From: Octopus vulgaris
Lineage: Eukaryota
NCBI GenBank assembly: GCA_951406725.2
Contig: OX597825.1
Span: forward strand, 78,678,001 to 78,742,000
Direction: 5' to 3'
DNA length: 64,000 bases
Part shown: positions 14,307 to 29,586 of the stretch, one piece after another
Layout: every line of letters starts with the position of its first letter
How positions within the stretch are numbered: position 1 is the stretch's first letter
Position numbers and translations under genes: made by a program
Notes under the pieces: model-generated
Seen by the model: only the letters and a program-made list of their open reading frames with translations
What the model was told of the DNA's origin: nothing
The model's database searches: none

Positions 14307-14600
14307 CTTGAAGGAACGTTAGTTCTCCAGTTGACCGAAAATGCCGTCATAAGTTTCGACGATTATATGGATCAAAAGAAACCGAATAAAAACAAAAGGA
14401 ATCCGTGGTTCCAGAAGTTCTGGCAAGAGGTCTTTAAATGTAAGCTGCCATCAGATAAATACAACAGATCTCACCACTATAACTTCGGCAAAGTACGACT
14501 TTGTACCGGCAAAGAAGACGTCGCTAAGTATGTGAATTCAGTGCAAACAGACGCTGAACATCTCAGCAACGCCATCATGGCTTTCGCACAGACATTACAT
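14307..14600 (+). CDS. mGluR-like (class C GPCR) gene, internal exon A; Venus-flytrap (ANF_receptor) domain. Upstream exons not found in window
   Basis: tttcag|CTT acceptor, CAT|gtaagt donor, 294 nt, phase 0/0. LEGTLVLQL...KRNPWFQKFWQEVFKC...CTGKE...NAIMAFAQTLH matches the mGluR motifs RNPWF.EFW...F.C and NAIYAMAH.L. Confidence 0.92.
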
Positions 14601-15123
14601 GTAAGTAGTAACATGACTTTTCGCATTTTTTTTTTATCAAGTTTAGCAGAATCGTTGGAGCATCGGGGAAAATGTCTTGCCGTGTTTGTTCCGGCTCTTT
14701 TTATTCTGTGTCGAAATCCTACTGAAATCAGCATTGCTTCTCATCTTTTTGGAATGGCACAAGTCTAAGTAGCTGAGGCGATAGTATCATTTAACCCTAC
14801 GCCCCCAGAAGAAGGAGAGAAAGTTGTGGCGAAAGAGTCAGCAGAAGTTCGCCATTACCTTCTGCCGGAGCCACATTGAGTTTAGGTGTTTCGTTCATAA
14901 ACACACACATCACCCTGTCTGAGATTCGAACCCGCGATCTCTCGACTGCAAGGCCATCATCACTACTTATTTATTTTTATATCGACAGTTTTTCATTTTC
15001 CCTCGCAGCTTCGATTTTTTTTTTCTTCTTCCTTCTTTAATATTTTTCCTTCATTTTCTATTGTCAGATAATTCAATAATCCTTTAGAAATTTATATTTT
15101 TTAATACTATAGACAATTAAATA

Positions 15124-15155
<32 letters not shown>

Positions 15156-15680
15156 TCACCACCTCCCCTCACCCCTCTTTTTCCCCCTTTATCTTTCTCC
15201 TTTTCGTGTTTTCTATTCTTATTCTCTCTATTCTATTTTGGAAAACAAAAGACTTGTTTCACATCCTCCCCATTGCCGATAACAAAAAAGTTTCAAGCAA
15301 TTTTCACTAGTTTATTAAACTTAATCTACTTTATCCGTTTCTTTTACGATATAAAGAACAGTTTTCTCAGTACTTTGTTGTTTTGTGAAGCTGCTGGGAG
15401 GACTTTCTAATAAATACGAGAGATAGATATTTCTTTGTCCTACATTTCCAAATTAATACAGTCTTTTATTGAAGTTACAGGTTTTGTTTTAGGGAAAATT
15501 CTAGTTATATTGTTTGCAGCATTGTTTCTTTATATTTGAAAATTTCTGATGGGAGGTGAAGATATGTTGTGAGTTTAGGCTGTGAAGCTGAATATTACTA
15601 TAGAAGAAGCGTGTGTGTTAACGAGAAAACATCTCTAATCCAGTTGGTTGTCAACCAAGCGGTGGATAGCTCTTATTATA

Positions 15681-16099
15681 CATTTCTTTACTACCCACAA
15701 GGGGCTAGACACAGAGGAGACAAACAAGGACAGACAAAGGGAGTAAGTCGATTACATCGACCTCAGTGCGAAACTGGTACTTAATTTATCGACCCCGAAA
15801 GGATGAAAGCCAAAGTTGACTTCGGCGGAATTTGAACTCAAAACGTAAAGACAGACGAAATACCTATTTCTTTGCTACCCACAAGGGGTTAAACACAGAG
15901 GGGACAAACAAGGACAGACAAAGGGAGTAAGTCGATTAGATCGACCCCAGTGCGAAACTGGTACTTATTTAATTGACCTCGAAAGGATGAAAGGCAAAGT
16001 CGACCTCGGCGGAATTTGAACTCAGAACGTAGCGGCAGACGAAATACTGCTAAGCATTTTGCCCGGCGTGCTAACGTTTCTGCCAGCTCACCGCCTGTA
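15681..16099 (-). mobile_element. Dimeric SINE inside one 15-bp TSD
   Basis: ATAGCTCTTATTATA at 15666-15680 and 16100-16114. Confidence 0.8.
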
Positions 16100-16804
16100 A
16101 TAGCTCTTATTATAAGTGACAGGTGGAGCCTCTATATCCTCACGTGCTCTGCAAGAAAAAGCAGTTAAATCGCTTGAAAATCATATCTTACTGTATTAAA
16201 AAAGAGAAAAGAAAGACATGTACATCCATACTTCATGGGTTTTTGCTTTTTTTTAACCCGTGAGTTCATTGAAGTTTCATAAACAGTTTTACACACACAC
16301 ACATACACACACGCACACACACACATACACACACACACACAAACACACGCACACAAATATACATATATGCATGTGTGCGTGTGTGTGTGTGTGTAGGGAG
16401 AATTCACAACAAATATATGTATTAGTATAACGCTCGAGAAGTGAAAAGTCTTTAACGTTTCGAGCCTACGCACTTCCACAGAAAGGAACACAGAAAAAAA
16501 CAAGGAGAGAAAATAAAGAATGTGTAGTGGCTAGCGATCTATCATAGCGAATGCCGGACAGAAGGGTCACACAGCAGAGCTAGGGAGAAGGGGAGATAAT
16601 AAAGTAGTGGTGATCCCAAAACAAATAATAATAAGTATTAGTATTAATAATGAAACCGATTTAAGAGGAAACGTGGTAGCCGCCAGGATTATATATCCTT
16701 TTAATCTCATATATATATCCTCTCAACTTCGTTCTTTCACATGTGATCTCTTGAGCACCACCAGCAAAAATATTTTTCCTCTGTCTTTTAATCTCTTGTT
16801 TGAT

Positions 16805-16858
<54 letters not shown>

Positions 16859-17200
16859 CACTGTATCGACAAGACTAACGAATGTGACTATACATCGCTG
16901 GTCACAACGCACTTCCTCACATAGATGTAGACTTCAAATGATGCCACCCCCTGGGTAAGTGAGCAGGCCGACATACTCCTTAAACGGGACGCCAGTGCGT
17001 CACAGGGTTATCTATTTTATAGGTGAGTGGACTGGAGGAACGTGAAATGAAGTGTTTTATTCAAGAACACAACGCACCACCGGTCTAGGAATTGGAGCTA
17101 TGGTCCACCTTAACCTCTAGCCACGGACCTACACCTATCTTCTTTAAGTGCCATGTAAGACTTTAAGTAGGACATGAGTGATTCTGTCCTGCCACAATTC

Positions 17201-17490
17201 TCAGTTCTTTGTTTTGTGTAACAGCCCCACTTCCTGATATGTAATGCCTCTTTCTTCCAACCTGTTCATCAAGCTTAACATCCACATCATCATCATCCTT
17301 CCTCTGCTTCTTTTCTCTGCAATTCTTTCCATCATCGCTAAATTCTCCAGGTCCTCTTTCCTCATCACATCACCAAGAAATCTCAGTCGCTTGTCCCTTA
17401 TCTCACTATGCAGTTTCCTATTTACCACAGCTCGGGTTATCACTTCTTCAGTAGACACTGTCTGTCCATGATATCCTCAGTGTTCTACTC
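17201..17490 (-). mobile_element. RTE-like LINE C-terminal remnant (similar pieces at 950-1060 + and 3500-3950 -)
   Basis: IRDKRLRFLGDVMRKE.LE.L....I..KRSRGR....W motif. Confidence 0.7.
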
Positions 17491-17562
17491 TCAATGTTTG
17501 TGAACAATAAATTTTGCTTTTTCTTTTCATTCTTAAATTTTATTCTGTCCTCTTTGACGCAG

Positions 17563-17668
17563 AACATTCATTGGGATTATTGTCAAGGAGTTCCGGGAAT
17601 ATGTGATGCAATGAAACCATTGTCTGGAGAAGTCTTGAGCAAATACCTGGAGAGTGTTCGATTTAAAA
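17563..17668 (+). CDS. mGluR-like gene, exon B
   Basis: gacgcag|AAC, A|gtaagt, phase 0/1. NIHWDYCQGVPGICDAMKPLSGEVLSKYLESVRFK matches mGluR NMH..LCPG..GLC.AM.P..G..LL.Y...V.F. Confidence 0.92.
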
Positions 17669-18243
17669 GTAAGTACGATCGTCATCGAAATAATAATACT
17701 ATTAAGAGTTGAAATTTTGTGCTAAATTTTCCAGAGAAAATTCTTAGATTATGAAAGAATTTTAAGAATATAATGATGATAGTCAGCTTTGGTAAAAGTA
17801 GCATTTATTAGTCTAAATGTAAGACTAGGTATCTTCATCTCTAGAGGATGTCATAATTACCAAATGGCAATGAAGACTGGCTCCCTATGAGAAAGGAAGA
17901 TACTTTCAAGAATAAAGAATTCTCCAAATTGACGTGTTTCTGCCTCAATAGACCTCATCAACACGGCAGTTATCCAGCCTTATCTCCAGTAGTCAAAGGA
18001 CTTATACATATACATAAAGAGTAGAATATATTTATGGTCTATGTAATTTGCCTAATTTAAACAAAAACGAACTCCCTGAAATAACTCAGAGCGGTTGGTG
18101 CCATGTATTTGAAGAACATAGATAAATACAGGTATATCAAATACCATAGAACATAAATTCTTGCTTTATTAAAACCATCACCACTCTTAGATGATGTGTC
18201 GTGTTAAAGAAAAGACTTGTACTTCCTTATATTCTGTTTTCAG

Positions 18244-18380
18244 GTATGAGCGGGAAAGTGTTTGAATTTCATGCTGACAGGGAACCAAAAGGGGAATATC
18301 GCTTAATGAACTTCCAAAGAATATCGCATGGACAATACAAATGGATCAGTCTGGGAAAATCAAGAACGAAATTTTCAAAT
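18244..18380 (+). CDS. mGluR-like gene, exon C
   Basis: ttttcag|GT, AAT|gtaagc, phase 1/0. SMSGKVFEFHADREPKGEYRLMNFQRISHGQYKWISLGKSRTKFSN resembles mGluR G..G..V.F...GD..GRY.I.NFQ......Y..IG. Confidence 0.88.
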
Positions 18381-19065
18381 GTAAGCAGAGTATACTTTTT
18401 TTTTGCTTAAGTCTTATTTATCACAGGTTTAGTTTTGAATTTATTCTCCCTTTATGGTAAATTTTAAAAATAAAGAACCTTCCTGGGTCTTATACACCCA
18501 TAAGTGCCGGTTTCCTGGCTTCTGTGCTGTATATATTACACACCTGGACGGGACGCCGGTTCGTCGCAAGATTACTCATTTTTGCAACGCGAAAAGAAGT
18601 GTTTTGCTGAACAACACAACGCGTCACTCGGTCCAGGAATCGAAACCACAATCTTACGACCATGACTCCAACACCGCTCATCACTAAACCACGCGCCTCC
18701 ACTATAATGAATTTAATTCAAAATAAGCAGAACTTGTTTTCCTCATATAAAATGTTTTTATTTACTATAGTAATTCACACTCCAAACAAAACTTATGTGC
18801 AGTTATTATAGTTTGAAATTCTTAGAGTACGACTTTTGCATTTTTTTTTCTTCTTTTCTTTCTTTTTCTTTTTTTTTTTTTTTTTTGAACCCGCTATTTT
18901 CTACGGGTTTTGTGTAGTAACTGGCTGCTTTGTGAAAAGCTTTGCGCGGAGATATTTTAGAAATTCGTTCAATCATGCGTACTTATTCTATCGGCCTCTT
19001 GGCCGAACCGCTAAGTTACGGGGACGTAAAACACCAGCATCGGTAGTCAAGCGATGTTGGGGGCA

Positions 19066-19111
<46 letters not shown>

Positions 19112-19466
19112 AATGTCCAACGCCATGTGAATGTATTTGGTATAGAGAAACGGAAAGATGCCCGTCGTATATGTGTGTGTGTCTTTGTGGATGTGTTTTT
19201 CCCTCCAGTACCGCTTGACAACCTGTATTGGTGTGTTTACGCTCCTGTAACTTAGAGGTTCGCCAAAGACGCCAATGGAATAAGTATCACGTTTAAAGAA
19301 ATAAATAAGTGCTGGCGTCGATTTATCCGATAAAAAAAAAATTCAATATGGTGCTCCAGCATGGCTGCAGTCTAACGAGTAAAAGACACAAAAGCGATAT
19401 TTGCACATGAGAGTACAGAGAGAGAGGGAGGAGGAAATTGTTTTTGTTTTATTTGCAAATCTATAT

Positions 19467-19520
<54 letters not shown>

Positions 19521-19639
19521 ATGTATATTATAGGGTTGCGGTAAACAAGCAAATGGGATTACTTGTTTACGGCGTACAAACACAGACGCATACATATATA
19601 AACGTACCACACATATATAGTTACATACTTTTCATACAT

Positions 19640-19705
<66 letters not shown>

Positions 19706-19724
19706 GTATATATGTATATATGTA

Positions 19725-19772
<48 letters not shown>

Positions 19773-19916
19773 CTATACATAACCTTAAATCTGTGTATGT
19801 ATGTATGCATGTGTGTATGTATATATATATATATATATATATGTATACACACACGCACACACAGATTATAAACATGAATGATATACATATTTTATATCTT
19901 GTTTATAGTACACATT

Positions 19917-19960
<44 letters not shown>

Positions 19961-20120
19961 ATATCTGTGTGCGTGTGTGTGTGGGTGGGTGGATACATGT
20001 AGGAAGTTTCGTAGTTACATATGTATGATTAATTGTATATACGTTTATAAAAAACGATTTTTTATGAATATGTGAGTATATATATATATATATATGTATA
20101 AATATATGTATATATATATT

Positions 20121-20166
<46 letters not shown>

Positions 20167-20206
20167 AATGGTATTATTAAATTAATATCTAATTTTTCAC
20201 CCTCAT

Positions 20207-20253
<47 letters not shown>

Positions 20254-20372
20254 AGTATGTGTATATGTATTATACGCTTATACACACACGCACAAACATT
20301 CATGGATATTGTTCTATAGATGTATTTTCGTATATATGTGTTTATGCTTCTCTGTATACATCTATGTATTTG

Positions 20373-20412
<40 letters not shown>

Positions 20413-20739
20413 TGTGTGTATGTGTGTGTGTATGTGTGTGTGTGGCTTACTTGAATAACGCACCGAACTTCACGAATTTAATTAAAATCTTTGGAAAGTC
20501 GAGCAATGTTTTTAGTTGAAAAGCTGAGATTGAAATTACTAAGAGACCTGTATACTCAATAACTGATGTATATATATATTCACTTTTACTGTCTGATTAT
20601 TTCTATAGACACGTGTGTAAATATTCTGATATGTGTGGGGGGATGGGGTGTTTTCAAATAGACCAACATAGAAATATATATTTTCATACATATATATATA
20701 TATATATATATGTTTATATCGTTAGAAGTGTTTATATAT

Positions 20740-21401
20740 GTATACATACATACATACGTACGTACGTACATATATATATACATACATACATACATGCATG
20801 CATGCATGCATACATACATACATGCATGCATACATACATACATACATACATGCATGCATGCATACATACATACATACATACATACATAAATACATACATA
20901 CATACATACGTACATACATACATACGTACATACATGCATACATACATACATACATACATGCATACATACATACATACATACATACATACATACATACATG
21001 CATGCATGCATACATGCATACATACATACATACATACATACATACATGCATGCATGCATGCATGCATACATACCTACATACATACATACATACATACATA
21101 TAGACGTCTAAGAAAAGTCACAAAATATAGGCACTGGTATATTTTCTTACTCGAGGGGGTAAATAAATAAAAGTAGACAGAATTATAGATCCATTTCAGC
21201 CGATCTTGCTAATTGGGAATTAAATGAATGCATATTGAATGACAGCGCGTCTAAGTAATACCACGTGTTCTTCAGGGATACCTGTCATCTCTCAAATGCT
21301 GCTATTTAATACCTGGCTATTAACAGCCAATGCAAAAGCTAAGATCAGCAGAACGGGATGGATCTATAATACTGTATACTTAAATGGTTTATATATGCAA
21401 G

Positions 21402-21432
<31 letters not shown>

Positions 21433-21558
21433 TGTATGTATGTATGTATGTATGTATGTATGTATGTATGTATGTATGTATGTATGTATGTATGTATGTA
21501 TGTGTGTGTATGTATGTATGTATGTATGTATGTGTGTGTATGCATGTATGTATGTTTG

Positions 21559-21589
<31 letters not shown>

Positions 21590-21850
21590 GTATGTATGTA
21601 TAAGTATGTATGTATGTATGTATGTATGTAAGTATGTATGTATGTATGTATGTGTGTGTGTAAGTATGTATGTATGTATGTATGTATGTATGTATGTATG
21701 TATGAATGTATGTATGTATGTATGTAAGTATGTATGTATGTATGTATGTATGTATGTATGTATGTATGTATGTATGTATGCATGCATGCATGCATGTATG
21801 TATGTATGTATGTATGTATGTATGTATGTATGTATGTATGTATGTGTGTA
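20740..21850. repeat. (TACA)n at 20740-21100 and its complement (TATG)n at 21400-21850
   Basis: Direct reading. Confidence 0.95.
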
Positions 21851-21949
21851 TGGCAGTCGCCGTATTCCATTTCATATCGGCTATCTCTGATGAGTGTAAG
21901 GTTATATAATCGGAGCGTTACTTAACACTCCTCTTGTACCCTTAGCGTG

Positions 21950-22250
21950 AAACCCCACCATATTCGCGGGACATTGCCCCATCTGATTATCATTTATTCC
22001 GATGTCTTCAAAATCATTTGGACGGAAAAAAATATGAATTCTGTAGACGAGATCAGAACAGTACCGGAGGAGTATTTTTCGTCACGGACAAGTGAATTTT
22101 GGAAGAGGGGGCTTTACAAATCCACCAGATAGATTGAAGAGCATTATAGGAAATAAAGGAGAGTATATTTTAGACTAAAAAGGAACTCTACCTCAATTTT
22201 GAAAAATAAAAGATATTAAAGAACAGCATTATTTATGAGATGACCCAATA
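21950..22250 (+). mobile_element. Mariner transposase C-terminal remnant
   Basis: Decayed PH.PYS.D.APSDY.LF followed by EYFSSRTSEFWKRGL. Confidence 0.65.
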
Positions 22251-22371
22251 TATAACTCGGAGTTTTATCATGGCTACCGAATAATTGTTACATATTATAT
22301 TTATAGATAAATTCCTCTATTTACATAATATCGAGGTTTCTTTCATTCGTTTGTTGTCTTACCATTTCTAT

Positions 22372-22414
<43 letters not shown>

Positions 22415-22515
22415 AGTGGATGCTGAAAAGTACCTGACTTTAAAGGCATCGTTGGAGGCCCAACATATCATAACTAATAATTATCAAGAAATTATATATA
22501 AATTAATATTTTAAC

Positions 22516-22547
<32 letters not shown>

Positions 22548-22554
22548 TAATAAC

Positions 22555-22600
<46 letters not shown>

Positions 22601-22603
<3 letters not shown>

Positions 22604-23157
22604 GCCCTGATGCAGTCCCAGGCAGTGGCTCTCATGGCTTCGGATCTTAACTGATTGGAAGTGTTATCATGTACATTGTTTTGTCTTGGTATAAAAGATG
22701 GGCTACAGCAAATATTCTGCTCAATACTACAGATTTGCTTGTCAGTTGTTTGACCTTAACCAGTTGAGCATGTCCCTTAGTGGCTGACGATATGTGCATC
22801 TCTGATCACGAGCAGAAGTAGTGGGGGAGCATCATAGCCATGTGTTGAGAAGGATTCTTTGGAGTTTGAATAATTCACCTCTGGAAACATGGGTGTTTCG
22901 TTCAACGTCCTTAAACAACCCTTATTCAGGGACCTTTTGAGCGGGATGGGTTACTCGATCTGAAGAAAATTCTAACTGGGCTCCACCTGCAAGGTCATGT
23001 GCTGTTTATCTTGATATGAGATCACCATGTCGCGCACATATGGTTGTGATGCATGTGTCTGGTGTACCCTTGTCAGACGGGTAGTCATGATGGGTATACT
23101 GGGCTTTGTATATTTTACCCCAGTGTCACTTTGATGGCATGCTCTGCTCGCTCACTC

Positions 23158-23158
<1 letters not shown>
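22601..23158. mobile_element. ~560-bp non-coding element embedded in an (AAT)n tract
   Basis: Sharp boundaries with (AAT)n on both sides; the right end GTGTCACTTTGATGGCA...CTCA-ATAAT recurs at 50285-50335. Confidence 0.6.
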
Positions 23159-23208
<50 letters not shown>

Positions 23209-23419
23209 CAAACTTAATACAATTCAAAAGTTAAATAATATGTAATTTTTCTAAATGGTACAATTTAATTTTTCATTATTGAATTGATAAAAAGTGGGTT
23301 TTTTTCTAATTTATATATACATATATATATATTATATATATGTATATTATACTTTGTGAAATTTGATTTAGTATTTCTAAATTGAATTTTTCCCTGTAAG
23401 TTTGGGATAATATTCCCTC

Positions 23420-23539
<120 letters not shown>

Positions 23540-23588
23540 TACTTATATGTATATGTATATATATATATATATACACATATACATATAT

Positions 23589-23627
<39 letters not shown>

Positions 23628-23913
23628 CATACATATACTCACATTCAAACACACATACAGTCATATATATTAATTGATATTTTGGTCAACTATATAATTG
23701 TATATACGTGTGCATGCGTATGTATGTATATAAATTTAGTAGAGTTAGAGGTTGGAATAACGTCCAAGGTATAAAAATATCTGTTTTTATAACCGGTACA
23801 ATTACCGATGTTAACCCTGGACATACATGTGCCAGCGTATTATGCTCATAGGATACAGGCAATGACAAAGATAAACATGAGTTTATCAGGAATCAAATTC
23901 AAAGTAGATATAC

Positions 23914-23988
<75 letters not shown>

Positions 23989-23989
<1 letters not shown>

Positions 23990-24690
23990 TTATTGGCAAC
24001 GCAGGGATAAACACAGCAGGGACAAAATACAAAGTAGAGCTTTTCTTTTGGGGAAGAAGGGAAGGAAAAAGAACACAAAAATGGAGGGGGGCAATTCCGA
24101 TCAAAAGGGATCGTGGGTAAAAATAAAAAGAAGTGGGGCCGATCAAAAGGGATCGTGTAAGATAGATAGATAGATATGTTTCTTTATTAGCCACACAGGA
24201 CTGCACACAGACGGGACAAATTACAAGTAGACCTTTTATTTTGGGGATAAAAAAAAGGGGGGCTGGTTTTCGATCAAAAGGGATCGTAAAAGGAAAGAAA
24301 GAGGAAAGCAAAAGAAGAAAAAAACGGGGAGGGATAAAAATAAAAGGAAAGAAAAAATCGATCAATAGGGATCGTCATCACAGAAATGTCAATATAAAGT
24401 GTAAAGGGGAAGACAGGTGAGGTTTACCCGTGGAAAGAAAAGCCTACGGAAAAGACCACGGTAACCTCGGTCAATGAAGTCACATGTTACATTTTTTGTT
24501 TACAAATAAGTAACTCTCTGTATTAAATTTTTATCGTTCATAGGATCATGCTCAAGGTGGCTACGTCATTCATACGTGCCATCCTTGCTACATTTACCCA
24601 TCTTTTTTTAAAACATTCACTAGACAAAACTTGCCTCTCTACTCTCACTTTCCTTTTCAACTGATACTTGAAGAAGTTGATGAGAGGTAC
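23989..24690 (-). mobile_element. Tx1-like LINE 3' end with duplicated 3' UTR ending in (ATCT)n
   Basis: LINFFKYQLKRKVRVER.......FKKRW C-terminus; tail TTGTCCCGTCTGTGTGCAGTCCTGTGTGGCTAATAAAGAAA. Confidence 0.55.
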
Positions 24691-24989
24691 GTATGTATGT
24701 ATATCTGATGGGCTTCCACGCATTTTTCGTGTACCAAATTCACTTGCAATGCCTTGTTGGGCCCTCGTCTATAGTAGAAGACATTTTCCATGGTATTGTC
24801 CAGCGGGACTGCACCCAACTTCACGCGGTTGCAAAGCGAGCCTCTTAACCTCAGAGTCATGCTTGCGACTATTTGAAATGAAACAAAGAAAGAAAAAGTT
24901 TCAGTAACTGACAGTGAACATGATGGTCACGGTTGGAATATATTTGACGTAGGTCAGTTCGATCAGAGTTGACGTAAGGATAGACAGCA

Positions 24990-24995
24990 ATGAAA

Positions 24996-25074
<79 letters not shown>

Positions 25075-25075
25075 A

Positions 25076-25117
<42 letters not shown>

Positions 25118-25175
25118 AATAATGATAATAATAATAATAATAATAATGATAATAATAATAATAATAATAACGATA

Positions 25176-25210
<35 letters not shown>

Positions 25211-25217
25211 AATAATA

Positions 25218-25248
<31 letters not shown>

Positions 25249-25382
25249 TGATAATAATAATAATGGTGATGATGATGATGATGATCATGATGATGATGAC
25301 GACGACGACGACGATGAAGACGACGACGACGACGACAACGACGATGATGATGATTATAACAACAACAATAATAATAATAAAT
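24990..25382. repeat. (AAT/GAT/GAC)n
   Basis: Direct reading. Confidence 0.95.
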
Positions 25383-25719
25383 GCCATTATTTTTTTCTTC
25401 AGATTTCAAGATTTCAAATTAATGACTTCATTTGCAAGATTTTATTATATTATTCATGTTATTTATGAAGTATATTCTTGTTGTACACATCCAACACACA
25501 CAACACATGCCCACGTATGTGTATATATGTATATAGATACTTATTTATTTGTATATATATATCTATATATATATTGATCTGTGCGTGTGTGTGCTTGTAT
25601 ATGTGTGTATATGTATATGTAAGCATGTATGTATGTATTTATCTAATGTCTATGTAGGATATAAGTGTGTAGATGAATGGCTATATATGTGAATATATGT
25701 ATATGTACCTATATTTAGA

Positions 25720-27150
<1,431 letters not shown>

Positions 27151-27536
27151 ATACAAACAAGAAAGTGACAACGTAAAGCGTAAAAATAAGAAGAAAAAAC
27201 TCTTTTTTCTATCTGCCACTCTTAATATTACTAAGATCTGGTTTAATATTATATTTAATCTTTTGCAAGTTGACATTTTATTCTATCACTTAACTGAAGA
27301 CATGAGATATCTAGAGCTATCTGATGGGAATTCAGCATAATCTAATTTATATATCATCTCAATCACTCACAGCCTCTTGTCCATTTGCACAATATCACTC
27401 AGACACTAGAAGAGAACTGTTCAATATTCTAACTTGACTGTTGCAGTCGGACTTCGTTTTACAGTCGGACGCAAAATTAAGCTGCGGTTAGTGGTAATGA
27501 ATAAGTATATCACATTACAAGTAACTATGTTGTTAT

Positions 27537-27602
<66 letters not shown>

Positions 27603-27903
27603 AGTACTTACATATATGTATATATAGGCGCTGGTTTGGCTCTTCCCCAACCAAAATGGTTCCGGGTTCAGTCCCACTGCGTAGCACCTTGGGCAAGTGT
27701 CTTCTACTATACACACGTGCCGACCAAATCCATCTGAGTGGATTTGGTATACGGAAACTGAAAGAAGCCCCGTCGTGTGATAAAAATAAAAAATTAAAAA
27801 TAATAAAAAATTAAAAAACTAAAAATAAATAAGTGGAAATTTTACCGGTGAGTGTGTTAAATTATAAGGCACCAAAAGAGAATCACTCTTCCCAGACACA
27901 ACA

Positions 27904-28066
<163 letters not shown>

Positions 28067-28399
28067 CTATTATGCAAAATGTCGTAAGTCCAAAATTTTG
28101 CTTTTTCAGAAAAAGTAAAAATAGTTTCACCATTCCATAGCAATTTTTGAGATCTTGGCATCTGAAGCAGTTGGAGATACGACAGTTCAACAAAAAGAAC
28201 CGGCTATTGCAAGCAAAAATATATATTGGAAAAATCGCATTCGTCCAAATTTTGACATACGATAATATTTCAGATTGCCTTTTGATATTATTTATTATAT
28301 ATATATATATATATATGCCGTAGGGGCATAATTATGTGTATGGTGTAGATGCTGAGTATAATGAAGTAGAGAAGGTGTGAAGGAGAGTCATTGGAAGGT

Positions 28400-29005
28400 A
28401 GGAGACATGGGTTTAGATGAAAAGAGGTGAGCAATTGAAACTAAGGGGTACTGAGAAATGAAGAGAGAAAATATATTCCTGCTCTCATCGGAGGCGGCAG
28501 TCTGGGTAGCTTCTGTGCAAGAACAGTTCGAACACAGACAGACGTTGTGGTGAATGACCGGTCGAGTGAAAGAGGCGTGAGACCACAATGTCATTGCTGA
28601 GTCTGATGTCCTGGAGATGTTCAGTTAAATGCCAGCCAGTTTGACCAATGTACAGAGAAGGACAGAGAGAGAGAGCAGAGGATGCAGTAGATTACATTGC
28701 TGGAGGTGCAGGTGAATGAATCTGTGATGTGGTAGAAGCAGTGATGGGTGCCGTACCGGTGAGGATAGTGGTGTTTGAGCGGTAATGAAAGGTGCAGCAG
28801 CGTGGGTGAGAGCAATGGAAGGAATCAGGTCGCGTGCCAGGATAAGAGAAGAAGCTATGGACTAGAATGTCAAGTAGGTTATGGACACGTTTGAAGGGTG
28901 GGAGGTGTGGGTCAAGGAAGATGTGGGAGGTAGAGGGCTCAGATTACAATCGGCGAAGAAACCTGAAGGACGGTGCGTTGGAGGTGAAAGAGAGGCTGGT
29001 AAGGG
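28400..29005 (-). mobile_element. Penelope-like element remnant (GIY-YIG endonuclease)
   Basis: Frameshifted FTCTSSNVIYCILC...LYIGQTG...EH, preceded by a linker containing FKR..NL.DILVH and C..PRC. Confidence 0.8.
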
Positions 29006-29151
29006 TGGGGTATATATATATATATATATATATATATCACATGATCACGTGACCGACCAGACCATCAGATGTTGTTACACATCGCTGGTCACAATGCGTT
29101 CGCATTGTTTTAGCCTTCGAATGACGCCACCCCGCTGGCTAAGCGAGCAGG

Positions 29152-29289
<138 letters not shown>

Positions 29290-29527
29290 TTTGGGTATGG
29301 TAGATGAGTTAAGCAAAAATTTAGATTCAGATGAATATGGTACTTAGGTTGAGGCACCAAAATTTAGTACGGTATTATCCATACAATTTCAAAGTAAGGT
29401 GACTAAAACCAAAATAAGCAACAAGGATATCCAGAGGTAATGCAGTACGATCGTTTCATGCAACTCCATTTGACTGAAGAATGCAATCATTACATCAATT
29501 TAAGTGGGGTCTGCCTCGTAAGTGACC

Positions 29528-29586
<59 letters not shown>

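Noticed and set aside
21885-21955. CTGATGAG possible hammerhead
   Set aside because: No GAAA closing stem II at the right position.
29435-29520. Minus-strand GAAACGATCGTA palindrome resembling the 3' half of a hammerhead
   Set aside because: No CUGANGA core upstream in this copy.
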